Assembly: GCA_013239625.1 (NCBI GenBank)
Contig: MU053557.1
Span: forward strand, 4,432,123-4,496,122
Origin: Lama guanicoe
Taxonomy: Eukaryota
Direction of reading: 5' to 3'
Length of the DNA: 64,000 bases
Within the stretch, counting starts at the first letter, position 1. Every line of letters begins with the position of its first letter. The position numbers were made by a program, and so were the translations under genes. Below are positions 36,490 to 47,320 of this stretch, piece by piece. Below the pieces are notes generated by a model. That model was not told where the DNA came from. It was given only the letters and a program-made list of their open reading frames with translations, and made no database searches.

Positions 36490-36790
36490 TCTTTCGCCTT
36501 TTAGCCTGGCCAGCTGCTGCTCACTCTCCAGGTCTTAGCTCAGAAATCCTTCTCCCCAGAACCCATCCCTGTTCTCCCCAGGAGCTCATCTTCTGAACTT
36601 CCCCCTCAGAGCATGGATCACACTGCATTTTGATTGCCTGTTTCCTTGTTCCTCTCTCCAGCAGACTTGAGCATCCAGAGGTCAGAGGCTACATGTATTT
36701 CATTCTCCCCAGTACCCCCAGCCGCTAGCACAGTGCCTGGCACCTAGAAGGTGTTCAGAACTATTCCTTTCACAAATAAAGGAAGGAAAA
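36490..36790 (+). mobile_element. L2 3' end
   Basis: CAGACTTGAGCATCCAGAGGTCAGAGG...CCCCAGCCGCTAGCACAGTGCCTGGCACCTAGAAGGTGTTCAG. Confidence 0.8.
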
Positions 36791-37564
36791 TGAGCACTGC
36801 GTTTCTTATTTCCATCAGTCTGTCCTTCTCTGCTCTCTTTATATCTAAGGGGGCCTGCCTCCTGCTATCATCTGGCCTGAGAGAAAGAAAACATTTCTGT
36901 GCCAGCCTAGACAGTGATTCATCAGCCTTATTGTGTGTGGCAGCTGCTGGTGTCCTCTCACCTCCCAGCAGAGCAAAAAGCAATAAGGAGCTGTCTGCCT
37001 TTCAGACTTCTTAACGTTTTTCTATCCATACCACTGACACTTGTTTTCTTGGTGACTAGGAACGCGTTTGAAAGTTGAGTTTTCTTCCTTACCAGTTTCC
37101 ACAGCATTCTGAGGCTTGGATCTCTCTGAGTGGGCGAGACCACAAACCACTGTAGGCCAAGGCCAAAAATCTGCACAAGGTGACCTATGATGAATCAGCT
37201 ATTCCCCAGCTTGAGGGGCAAAAGGGACCCTGGTGGTTCTGTTCAATCAATGGCACACATCTGTCAAAGGCCTACTATGTGTCAGGCTATATTAGGAGAC
37301 TTCCATCAGTGGAGTCTAGTCGGGTTTTGCCCTGCCCTCTGCAGAGCTACCATTCTAGCAAGAAATCCAGAATTGAGCAACTTATTACACAATCAATTGT
37401 TCAATGACTATTAAGATGTAAACTGAAGAGGAAAAATGCATGGCACCAGGAGAGCATGGCCTGAGCATCCCAGCCTCACCCAAAAGATCAGGGAGGCTGC
37501 CCCAGGCTGTGAGCTTTGGGTTAAGAGCTGAAGGAGTAGGTGTTAACTAGGCAAAGATGGGGAG

Positions 37565-37840
37565 AATGTGTGTGTATATGCAATGTGTGTGTGTGTACAT
37601 GTGTGGGTACATGAAAACATGTGTGAGCACGTACAGCCATAGGTGTAGTGAGTGTGTGTGTCTGCACATGCATGTGTGAGCACACATATGCCATGTATAA
37701 TGTGTGTACATGTGTGCATATACATGCGTGCACAGGTGTGTGCACATATGTGCCAGGAGGGTATGTGTGTCCAGGTATGCAGCTGTGCAGGTGCATGCGC
37801 GCACGCACGTGTGTGTGTGTGCCCCAACTGCATGTGTGTC
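37565..37840. repeat. Degenerate (TG/CA)n low-complexity tract
   Basis: Mixed TG/CA/TA/CG dinucleotides; perfect purine-pyrimidine alternation at 37700-37734 and 37791-37822. Confidence 0.9.
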
Positions 37841-37979
37841 TCTTATCGAGTCAGACATCCTTCAGCCTCTGGGCCACATTCCATCACAATAAATCATCAT
37901 TGTGAAGCAGATTTCAGGGCTTCTCTGGGTGGAACAATGGTTCTCAAACCTCTCTCAGCTCATGGATCATTTCAGTGAC

Positions 37980-38220
37980 AATAAGAACAGCTACTCCACG
38001 TTAACTGTGTGGCGGTCATGGTGCCAGACACTTTCCGTGCATTCTCTCATTTACTCCTCCAGTAACCCCAGGAGGCAGGCCTAATTATTGTTCTATTTTG
38101 CAGAAGAGGAAACAGAGGCTGAGAAAGAGGAAGGGTCTTTCTCAAAGTCACCCAGCAAGTTCGTTTGGGAGATGTGATTGGAACACAGGTCTGCTTGACT
38201 TCAAAGAATATGCTCTAATC
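37980..38220 (-). mobile_element. MIR SINE
   Basis: ATTTTGCAGAAGAGGAAACAGAGGCTGAGAAAG...CAAAGTCACCCAGCAAG. Confidence 0.8.
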
Positions 38221-38654
38221 CACTAAGCTCACTTTCCTGTCTCTAGAGCAAGGGACATGGTGGATCCACCGCATGAGAGTTCCCCTCCCACGGTTATTGC
38301 AGCAACGCCCTTCCAGCAGTGAATGGAAAAAGTCTTCAATGAAACCCTGACCCAGTTCAGCCATCAATTCACAGCATGATCTTGGTAACATCTCTCCCCC
38401 TTTGTTGCCCTTGAGAGTTTTCTGAGCTCTCCCATTGCACAGGGATAGCTTGGCCTCCACCACACATAGATTATAGGTTACATAATCTCTCAAAAGCTCT
38501 GCTTCCTTATCCCTAAAATGGAGCTAGTACTGGTACACTGCAGACAGCACTATGACAGGGATTAACTAAGCATATGCATGAAACATGCTCATCCCGGTGA
38601 CGGTCTCATAACACATGCTCATTCAACATACTGTCATTGATGCTGAGGAATCCA

Positions 38655-38850
38655 GCGGACCTGGGTTCAAATGTCCACCTTGCCTTCGGATGGCTGTGCG
38701 ACCTTGGCAAAAGTTACTTAGCTGTCGAATCTTCCTCACTTGTAAATAGGAATCAAAATAGTACCTACTTTATAGGTTTGAGGACTAAAAGAAATAATGC
38801 ACTTAGCACAAAGTAATTGCCCTGCAAATGTTAGCTAACGTCATTATTAC
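38655..38850 (+). mobile_element. MIR SINE
   Basis: GACCTGGGTTCAAAT...GCTGTGCGACCTTGGCAAAAGTTACTTA...ATAGTACCTACTTTATAGG. Confidence 0.8.
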
Positions 38851-39759
38851 TGACATACTGTGCAATGTTATAAACCAGGATTATTTAGGGTTTCATTTTG
38901 TTCCAGTTTAGGGTTTTAGAAGAAAATGCAAGGAAGCATCTCATTGGACAGGTTTTGCTAAATATTGGATTGTTTGTAATTTTTTTTTTTTTTGCAAAAT
39001 CAGACTTGTCTCATGGGTCAATGGAAAGTCAGTTTCCCTTTGGTTCCGAGGCTGGCAGTTGAGGGCAGTTTATTCTGGTGCTGGCTCACAGTTCAGTATG
39101 GTTGAAGGCCGCGACCATGAGTAAGTGAGTCACCCTTGCCAAAAATCATAATCATGGTCATATTCTAAATATTTATACTACAAGAAATCAAACCTGCCCA
39201 ACCTTCGGGGATCACAGGGAGTGAACTCACTCAATGGAGTTCATTCATTCATTCTTCTCAGAATTGTTGATCAATGCACCTCGTGCCAGGCACTGGGCAC
39301 GGGTCATGCTGGTGGCTGATGCGACCAAAAACCATGGGCAGCCTTGGCCAATTTTGGAGAAAACTGAATCAGGGCTCTCAGGGATGGTAACTGCTCCTGA
39401 GCTGTGCAGAGTCCTGGAGAGAATTCAGGCCTGTGTGTCTTGCAGTGTGGCTTGTCAAGCTAGGAAACACCCTTAGGGGTCATCTCAGCCAAAACACCCA
39501 TTTGACAGATGGGGAAGCAGAAGCCCCAAGAGAGAAAGAGAGGCCCTGAGACCATAACACTCGGCTAGCATCCTGCTCTCCCAACTTCTACATCATCACC
39601 TTTCACAGTGAGCCCCCTCCCTTAATCCCAAGACTCAGGCCCACCTCATTAGAGAACAGCAGGTTCCCCAGACATGTTAGCCCACAGACAGCTTCAAACA
39701 CAGTGACAGGAAGAATTAAAAAGCAACTTTACTAATACTAGTATCTGCCATTAACTGGC

Positions 39760-39985
39760 TGGTTACTTGGTACCAGGTATCTTGTTAAGTATTTTATACC
39801 CCTATCATTTTAATACTCAAAACAACCTCATTGGATAGGTTACTCCACTTTACAGAAAGGACACTGAGGCTCAGAGAGGGGAAAGGACCTTCCGATGGTA
39901 ACACAGCTAGAAGTTTCAGAGCCATAACTGTACATAACTCTGCCCGACTTCAAAGCCAGTGCCCATGGCCACCGTGCCATGTCCC
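39760..39985 (-). mobile_element. MIR SINE
   Basis: CCACTTTACAGAAAGGACACTGAGGCTCAGAGAGG...ACACAGCTAG. Confidence 0.8.
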
Positions 39986-40034
39986 TCAGTAGAATACAAG
40001 TATCGGCTCTGCTACACCCTCCTCCAGCACTTAC

Positions 40035-40063
40035 CTGGGCTGCCAGTGGTCTGATGTCTGCAG
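40035..40063 (-). other. Candidate 29-nt microexon (23 nt with the alternative AG)
   Basis: Minus strand: ccccttcgctgctctttcttcccctcccccag|CTGCAGACATCAGACCACTGGCAGCCCAG|gtaagt; splice signals only. Confidence 0.3.
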
Positions 40064-40143
40064 CTGGGGGAGGGGAAGAAAGAGCAGCGAAGGGGCTCGG
40101 AATCCAGTCCTAGGACTGAGTGCCCACTAAGATCCAGGCTGTG

Positions 40144-40183
40144 ACGAGCTCAAGGGTGATGAAACGAGCTCAAGGGTGATGAA
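40144..40183. repeat. Perfect 20-bp tandem duplication
   Basis: ACGAGCTCAAGGGTGATGAA x2. Confidence 0.95.
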
Positions 40184-40329
40184 GATGGAGAAGGGTGGAG
40201 CGCTGTCTAGTGAGGATGGACGGATATACAGTCTGTTCCAGTACCTGCCCCAGGCTAAGGGCTGCACCTGATGCTGTGAGATGACTTGTCACATGACACA
40301 GAGCAAACCATTTCCTTTCTTCTAGAGAG

Positions 40330-40575
40330 AGAGCACAGTATAGTGACTAAGCCCACGGCATCCAGAGCCAGACTACCTTAAATTCCTGCCCTGCCTCTCA
40401 CCTGGTATGTGAACTCATGCAGTCTTAGCATTTACTGAATGTCTTTTTTGCTTCTATAAAAGTTGGATAATACTACTTATTTTCTATTGTCATTATAAAG
40501 ACTAAATAAGCTACTATTTGGAACTCAGAACAGTATCTAACACATAGTAAGAACAATACCCATTTTTGCTAGTTT
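40330..40575 (+). mobile_element. MIR SINE
   Basis: GCACAGTATAGTGACTAAG...AGAGCCAGACTACC...AGAACAGTATCTAACACATAGTAAG. Confidence 0.75.
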
Positions 40576-40609
40576 TTAAAAATTATATAAACTAGAGGTA
40601 ATAGTTGAT

Positions 40610-41090
40610 CATTCGAGTTAAGGTACTTTGGGCTGTATAATAACAGACTATCTGATCCAAAATGGCTTTACCAAGAAAGTTTTATAAGTATCTCCCATAA
40701 TGAGAACCATCTGGGAGGCAATGGTTCCAGGCTCAAGGATGTCCCCAGGAACTCAGGACCTTCTCATTCTTCCTCCCAACATCTTTCAAATATCACTGAT
40801 GTCTCTCCTCACATCCCAAGATGGCTGCAGCAGCTCCAAGCATCACATCTTTACAAAAGCCACACTCAGAAACAGAAAAGAAGGGATATGAGAATCTCTT
40901 TTGCACGTGCCACTTTCTTATGAGGAAGGAAAATATTTCCTAGAAGCCTCCCAAAAGACTCCCCTGATCTATCATTAGCCAGAATTGGATTGTGTTAGAT
41001 TTTGGCATTTTCAGTCACTACCTAGAGCCGGGCTCCATAGCAAAGAAGATGAGAGGAAGAAGAGCTGTGGAATGGGTAACCAACCTGCCT
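40610..41090 (-). mobile_element. MaLR solo LTR, old MLT1 (L/N-like)
   Basis: CCAAAATGGCTTTA...CAAGATGGCTGCAGCAGCTCCAAGCATCACATC...TCATTAGCCAGAATTGG. Confidence 0.75.
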
Positions 41091-41556
41091 TACAGGATAG
41101 TCTTGAGAAGGAAATGTGAGGAAAAGTACAGGAATGCTATGAAAGAGTTAACTGCTTCCACTTCACGTGTGTAAGCTATCATTCTCTCAAATAATAATAG
41201 CAACAGCAACACTAATTAGAGTCTATAGAAAAGCAGGATGCCAGTGATTCTAGGGAGTCCTGTTCTTTTTCCATGGACATGGCAGGCAAGGGAAAAATGA
41301 AAGGAAGCCAACTGCCTCATGGTCTGGCCACTAAAATTGACATTGTTTGACCTCCCAATAACCCAGATGTAGGGAACAACTGGTCACCAACTTCCCCTCT
41401 CAGTTTGGTAAGTTATAAATAAAGTCTGAAGAGAAAGAAAATGAAGTTAGTTTAGATCACTGGTAGAATTCCTCTGAGAGGTAAAAACTTTTGTTTAGAA
41501 AACACTTGGTGGGCCATTTTACAGTGAAAAATCAGCCCTCTGACCATGGTCTAGAT

Positions 41557-41767
41557 CAGGGATCAGCTAAGTTGTCTGTCAGGTCAGATAGAAAGTATTT
41601 TGGAATTTGCAGACAGTATGGTCTCTCTGGAAGCTGCTGCACTCTGAGTCCTGTGAAAGCAACCTGTATGTCAACAAATGACTGTGGCTGTGTCCCAATA
41701 AAACTTTATATGTACGAAGAGCTGGAGGGTCAGATTTGGCTCACTGGCTGCAGTTTGCCAACTCCTG
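41557..41767 (+). mobile_element. MER58A-like hAT-Charlie DNA transposon
   Basis: CAGGGATCAGC...GTGGCTGTGTCCCAATAAAACTTTAT...CAGTTTGCCAACTCCTG; TSD GTCTAGAT / TTCTACAT. Confidence 0.85.
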
Positions 41768-41804
41768 TTCTACATGGCAAGTTACATAAGACAAAAACCT
41801 AGGC

Positions 41805-42090
41805 CAAGGGTCTCAAAATCAAATGCACATGGAGCTACAAGGGGTATGTAAAGAAGTAAGCTGGCTGGGTGGGGTCTGTGGCAGTGTGGAGAACACATGA
41901 CTCATGGAAAGAGGGCAGTTGTAAAAACCAGTATTGTCAGATCCTCCAATTTTCAAGAAAGCCAGAAATGCAGATATTGAAATCTAATTTTTCTGTGTTG
42001 GCAAACAATTCAAAATTCTAAACCTGATATAGACCGAACAAAACCCATCTGGGGGCCAGCATAGCTTGGGGGCAACCAGTGTGACCTCTG
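41805..42090 (-). mobile_element. MER102-like hAT-Charlie DNA transposon
   Basis: TTTTCAAGAAAGCCAGAAAT...GAACAAAACCCATCTGGGGGCCAG...CCAGTGTGACCTCTG. Confidence 0.7.
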
Positions 42091-43090
42091 GCCTAGAATA
42101 TCATCCTTCCTGAGCAAAAGTGCTATGACAACCAAGTACACATGACACATCTGAGTGACATGGTCCAGGAAACTTAGCACAAAGCCAGTCTGACCTATTG
42201 AGAATGGAATGTATAACGGCTACCGTCCTGCCCACTGGCCAGGACTACGCGGGAGGCCATGAACAGAAAAGAAGGCAATTAGCCTGTCTGTACTGCATTC
42301 TTCTTCCTTCCTCATTAATGCTCTGCTTTCTCTGCATGGTGGTGGCAACAGTGGTGTTCTGTGACATCAGGTGCTGTGTGGCATTCCTTATAGACCTTCC
42401 CAGCATACCTCAGGGGAGCAATGAGGTCATGTATAGAAAGGTATTTTGCAAACCATAATATCATAGATATGTCAACTTGGCTGGTTTCTGGCTTCCACTG
42501 CCCCAAACACTACCTGAAATGCCCTGGTTATGTGTATATTCTCTTTAGAGAGGACAAAATCCCCTAGCAGCGTGGCAAGCAGGACAGAGGCACAGCAAAA
42601 GGAACCAGCCATGTTTCCTCCTGGTGCACAGGCCCTTGCCCTGTGTCTGATTCTGCTCTGAGGCAGCCCGGCCACCCCCTAAATGCCCCAGGCTGCACAC
42701 AGCTCAGCCTCTGATGTTCTGTCCTTGGCTGTCTTTTAGCTGCTGCTCTCACCTATTCTTAACTTCTTTGCCTTTCTCACCAGTTCCTATAAATCCGTAG
42801 CATCCTGAGTATTTGCAGGGAGCTTCCTCTCACCCAGCTCTGCACTCCGTCTTCCCGTCTTCTGTCCTGCTGTTTGCCTGGAGCCTCAGCTTTCAAAACT
42901 ACCCTGACCTGCCCCTTTCTCATCTCTGTAAACCACCCTCTTGATTCCCTCAGCCTTATCCTGGGACGGGGAGGGGAGGACAGAGAGGACAAGAGAGAAA
43001 CAGAGACACAGAGAGAAAGCACAGTGCAAACTTTCTAACCTAGACCCCGTTCAGCCCCATGTCCACTTCAGTTCAAATTAGGTGCTGGGC

Positions 43091-43297
43091 CAGTAGTTTC
43101 CCAGTGCTTCCTCAATACCTGTGGCTCTTCAGAGCCACCTCAGGAACCTAGGTAGGAGAAGTAAGCGGGAATGCCACAGGTCACTTCAACAGAGAAGCTC
43201 CATCTTACCTGTTTTGTATATTATGATCCTGCATAAACCTGCGATTGAAAAAGATTATTTCATTGCTAAGGAAAAAAAAGAGTTTAAAAACTTCCGG
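43091..43297 (+). mobile_element. MER103C-like hAT element
   Basis: CACTTCAACAGAGAAGCTCCATCTTACCTGTTTTGTATATT...TGCTAAGGAAAAAAAAGAGTTTAAAAAC. Confidence 0.6.
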
Positions 43298-43955
43298 CTA
43301 GTCACTATACCTAGATCAGATGGAGGAAGGCAATCTCCTACACTGAAGAAGCCTAAAGGATACCTTAAAGTAAGCAGTACTTTTTAGCAAAGGGCAACTC
43401 AGCAAAAATTGAGCTAAATTTTTGTCCAAAACTAAAATAGCTTTATCATATCTCACGTGGGAAAAACGTATCTGCTCACGCAATTCAAATTATCTACTTC
43501 ACTGAATGAAAACTACATTGAGGAAATGAGTACTCCTTTTTAGCCACTTAAATATGAAGATCTGTTTTATATCTACTTAGTGGCGATCTGGGGGAACATT
43601 TCTCATCTTTCATTCTGCGAGTGGATGAGAAGTGTTTCTCAAAGCTGCCTGAGCCCTGCTCACTGCTGCTGAGTGGACAGACCACACCTGGAGACACCTA
43701 GGGGCCTGTCAACAGGGCAAAAACTCTCAAAGAGGAGAGCTCCAGCTTTCTTCCTCTTGGTGCTCAAGTTCAAATTTTTCTTGTGTGGTCTGCAGATTTC
43801 TGTGTAGGATCATCAACCCCAGGTCTACGGACAAGCAAGTGGACCAGGCTGGCAGGGCCAACTGCAGGGATCCTGCAGGAAGAGGCCAGCGTGAGTACAG
43901 GGATGAGTTCTGTCGGGAGAGCTGGAGTCCAAAAGCTCTTACACACCCATCCTGC

Positions 43956-43968
43956 TGCTGACTCAGCA
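43956..43968. promoter_or_regulatory. Perfect T-MARE / ARE TGCTGACTCAGCA
   Basis: Exact 13-bp Maf recognition element containing AP-1 and NRF2/BACH cores; motif evidence only. Confidence 0.6.
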
Positions 43969-44398
43969 GACAGCTCAGATCGACAGCTAATTTGGGAGGA
44001 GGATTTGCAAGTGTGAACACTGATCAGCTCTGGAATTAATCATATCATTCTAGGTTTGTACATTCTCAGACTTCCAGAATCAGAGCCTCTTAGAAGCTCT
44101 GCCCTGGAAGGAAACAGAAGAGGTTCCATCCAATATTGCACGATGGTTGAGTTCCTGGGCTCTGGAGGCAGACAGACCTGAATTTGAGACCACTCAAATT
44201 TACTGGGGGGCAGTGGGCAACTCATTAGAGGAAAGAGAAGAGAAGGTTTATGACAAACTTGGAGCAGGAACAGAAGTTACCTGGCAATCTGGCTCGAGAA
44301 CTGGAGCTGTAATACAGTCCTGAGGATTTCCTCTGCTCTCAAATGATAAGCTCATTTGATTCCAAGTTCTGCAAGAGAGAAATTCCAACTGGACTTAC

Positions 44399-44437
44399 CC
44401 TTGCCTTCCCAGCGTGACTTGAAGAAACCTTCAGGCA
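44399..44437 (-). other. Candidate 39-nt microexon
   Basis: Minus strand: gctgtctctctctctcaccacag|TGCCTGAAGGTTTCTTCAAGTCACGCTGGGAAGGCAAGG|gtaagt; splice signals only. Confidence 0.25.
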
Positions 44438-46974
44438 CTGTGGTGAGAGAGAGAGACAGCAGATTTTTACCATTCCATCAAGACCGGAAACATGGACGGG
44501 AAGGTAACTCCCAAAGGGAAATCAGGGCTTTTGGGCGATAGGAGTGCTGCCTGGGACCACAATGAGCATCCACCATCACGCACCTGCCACAACGGGGCTG
44601 CTCAGAGGATTGACAGAGACATCCACGTAGAGGGCTGAGCACACTGCCTGGAACACAGTAAGTTGTCCATTAACCATTAGCACTGCTCATGGTAACTCAC
44701 ACTCCTGTGTGGAGGTGGAGCCCCTTGACAGCATGCCTGTCAGACAGTTACCTCTGAGAGCATGTCCCCTTGGGAATCATGGCTCCTGGGCCACCTTTTG
44801 AATGTAGAGACCATTTGACTGGGGAACTTTAAAGATTTTACTGACCAGAAGGACAGCCCATGCCATTGGGAATCTGACAATATCTGGGATGGGACCAACT
44901 GTGGCTCAGAAACAGACTTTCGTGTAGATTTTATTCTCTTCATTATTCCAGTAATGTGTTGTATGCTGTCCCCCTCAAATCCAACCAACCTGAGTAACAT
45001 GCTGGGTTTGGGCAGCTTAGTTTCATCACACTGTTAGGAAAGAAGAGAAACACAAACTCTTACCAGAAGACATGACTCAGAGACCTTATCTCCTCTTTAA
45101 ATCCACTCGGTCAGGAGCAGGCTCCTTGGATCTCGATGCCAAACCTCAAAAACTCTAAAAGCATGTGCCTGAAAGGGGATCCCCACCTGCTTTACTATCC
45201 CCAACTACTGCCCTATTAAAGGGCTGCTGCAAAACTCTGGTGTCTAGAGGCATGTTGGCTTAATTTGAGGAAAATGCTAACTTTGATATCAGTTATGCAG
45301 AAAGAGGGGATACTGGAAAGTTATCCTGCAGTTGTCTGGCCAGTCAAAGCCACCTGCCCTGGAGGACATCATCTGGGCTGGTGGGTGGCAGATCTAAAGC
45401 ACTGTCTCTAAGCTCACTTCCACTTCTGTTTTCATATTTGATGGGAGTGTCAATACCATAACTCAGTAACACACATCTTCAGCTTGGACACCTCTAACCT
45501 CCTCCCTCTAGGCAACTGCTTCCATCGTTTGCTCATTCAACAAACACCTACTGAGACCCACTAGGAGCCAGTTACTATGTGGGGAGTTAAAGGAGAATCA
45601 TAACTATTATTTATGGAGTGCATCTGGTGGGTGGGACTCAGCTACCATGCTTTATTCACATTGTCTCAATTTATTACAACCCCGTGGAGCATATCACTTT
45701 GCTCTTTTTGTAATAGCTATTTGTGCTGCCTCAGTAACTAGTAAGTTCTTCATTACGTTGCAATAATTCTGCTTCCATTTACCTCAGCCCTGATGCTCCT
45801 TTGCCCTCAGCAGAGGCTAATAAATGAAACCAAATGGCAGAGGTTGGGCTGAGGGAGCAGGACTGGCTCTATCCAAAAGATGGCCTCAGACTCTCTCTCC
45901 TTCTCCCCTACAGGGCAGAACTTCACCTGAAATATGAGGTGGGGCTGGTGAGAAAGTCCAGTCTCTGCTTTCTGTTCCACCCACTCCGGTTCCAGAGGCA
46001 ACAGTTCCCAAAAACTACTAGGAGTCAGACCCATCTACAGCTGCAGAGGAAGGCGGAAAGAGAAAACAGAGGTGGGTGAGGGTCAGTGATGGCCCCCCTG
46101 AATCCAGTGGTCTCCCCTGGGCCACCTCAGATGCCCCTGCAGGGGTGGGGATGCCCAGGCCAAGCATTGTTTCTGTGGAATCTTCTCACCATTGACTCTC
46201 CCGGCAGGAACAGCTGTTTGGCTGTGTTTAAACTGTCACCCAGCCAAAGCAGCGTGGTGGCACACCCAAACGCTAACCAGCAAACACCCCAGGTCTGTAG
46301 CCCGCGCTAAGACTTTTTTTAAAGCATAATTTGAACCAAACAGCCAGTCAATTTAAAAATACTGCAAGCAGAGAGCCAATGAGATTCGGAAACAGGTAAA
46401 ACAAAAAATAAAAGGTAAATGTATTTACTTATTCATACATTCATTATTTAAACCTTGCCTTTTTTCAGAGATGTCAAGAGCCAAATTATTTGAAAAAAAA
46501 AAACAAAAATAGTATTAGATATGTTCTGATACCAGTGATATCACAGAAATTCATTATATATGTCATATCATTAATATTACAAAAATTCAACCTAGGTTAA
46601 CATTCAAAGCATGAAGTGTGCTTGTGTGTGAGTGTGTGTGAGCCTAGCTGTGACTGGTCTCTACTCCACAGGGTCTGAAATGCAGGGAGTCCCTTCTCTC
46701 TTGCTCCCAAACAAAAAAAGATGTCATGATGTGGTGTTTTCCACCAGAGTCCTGCAATCATTCCCTCAGAATCATTTACTGAAGTCCAACCATGTGCCAC
46801 CCACTGAATCAGATGTTTTGGATTCAGAGGACAAAAAGCCACATACAATTGCTGCACGTACAAAGCTTACGTTTAAGACAACCGGAAGCCAGCAAAGTAT
46901 GGGCTGTGCAGAAGTGGGGACGTTCACACCCACGGGCCCACAGAGCTGGAAAAGCACTAAGAGGTCATCTAGAC

Positions 46975-47320
46975 CAGGATTTTCACAAGCGCAGCCATTC
47001 AAGTAGTAACCTCATGGTTTTTACCATATGCCAACACCATCTTCACAGAGTTCTTTAAATGTTCTCATCTACAGAAACACTTTTATTTTAGGAGAAAATA
47101 CTCTACATCACTGCCTAAAATGGAAAACCAGAATCACTTGTCATAAAAAGCAAAGGTAACCAAAAAAATAAATAAAACAATGTGATAAATTTATCTCATC
47201 TAGACAGATAGATGCAGTCCTAGGAAGACTGAGCCTCAAGTCTGCTCCCACTTTGTAAAAAATTTAGATTGGCAAGTGTTTAAAAGATGTTAAAGATATA
47301 TTAACACTACTTTGGGATGT
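46975..47320 (+). mobile_element. MER113 hAT-Charlie DNA transposon
   Basis: AAATGGAAAACCAGAATCACTTGTCATAAAAAGCAAAGGTAACC...GATTGGCAAGTGTTTAAAAGATGTTAAAGA. Confidence 0.75.

Noticed and set aside
37521..37978. Six overlapping His/Thr- or Cys/Val-rich ORFs
   Set aside because: Translations of the TG/CA low-complexity tract.
43209..43265. Minus-strand 57-nt exon candidate
   Set aside because: Lies wholly within a MER103C-like element whose A run supplies the pyrimidine tract.
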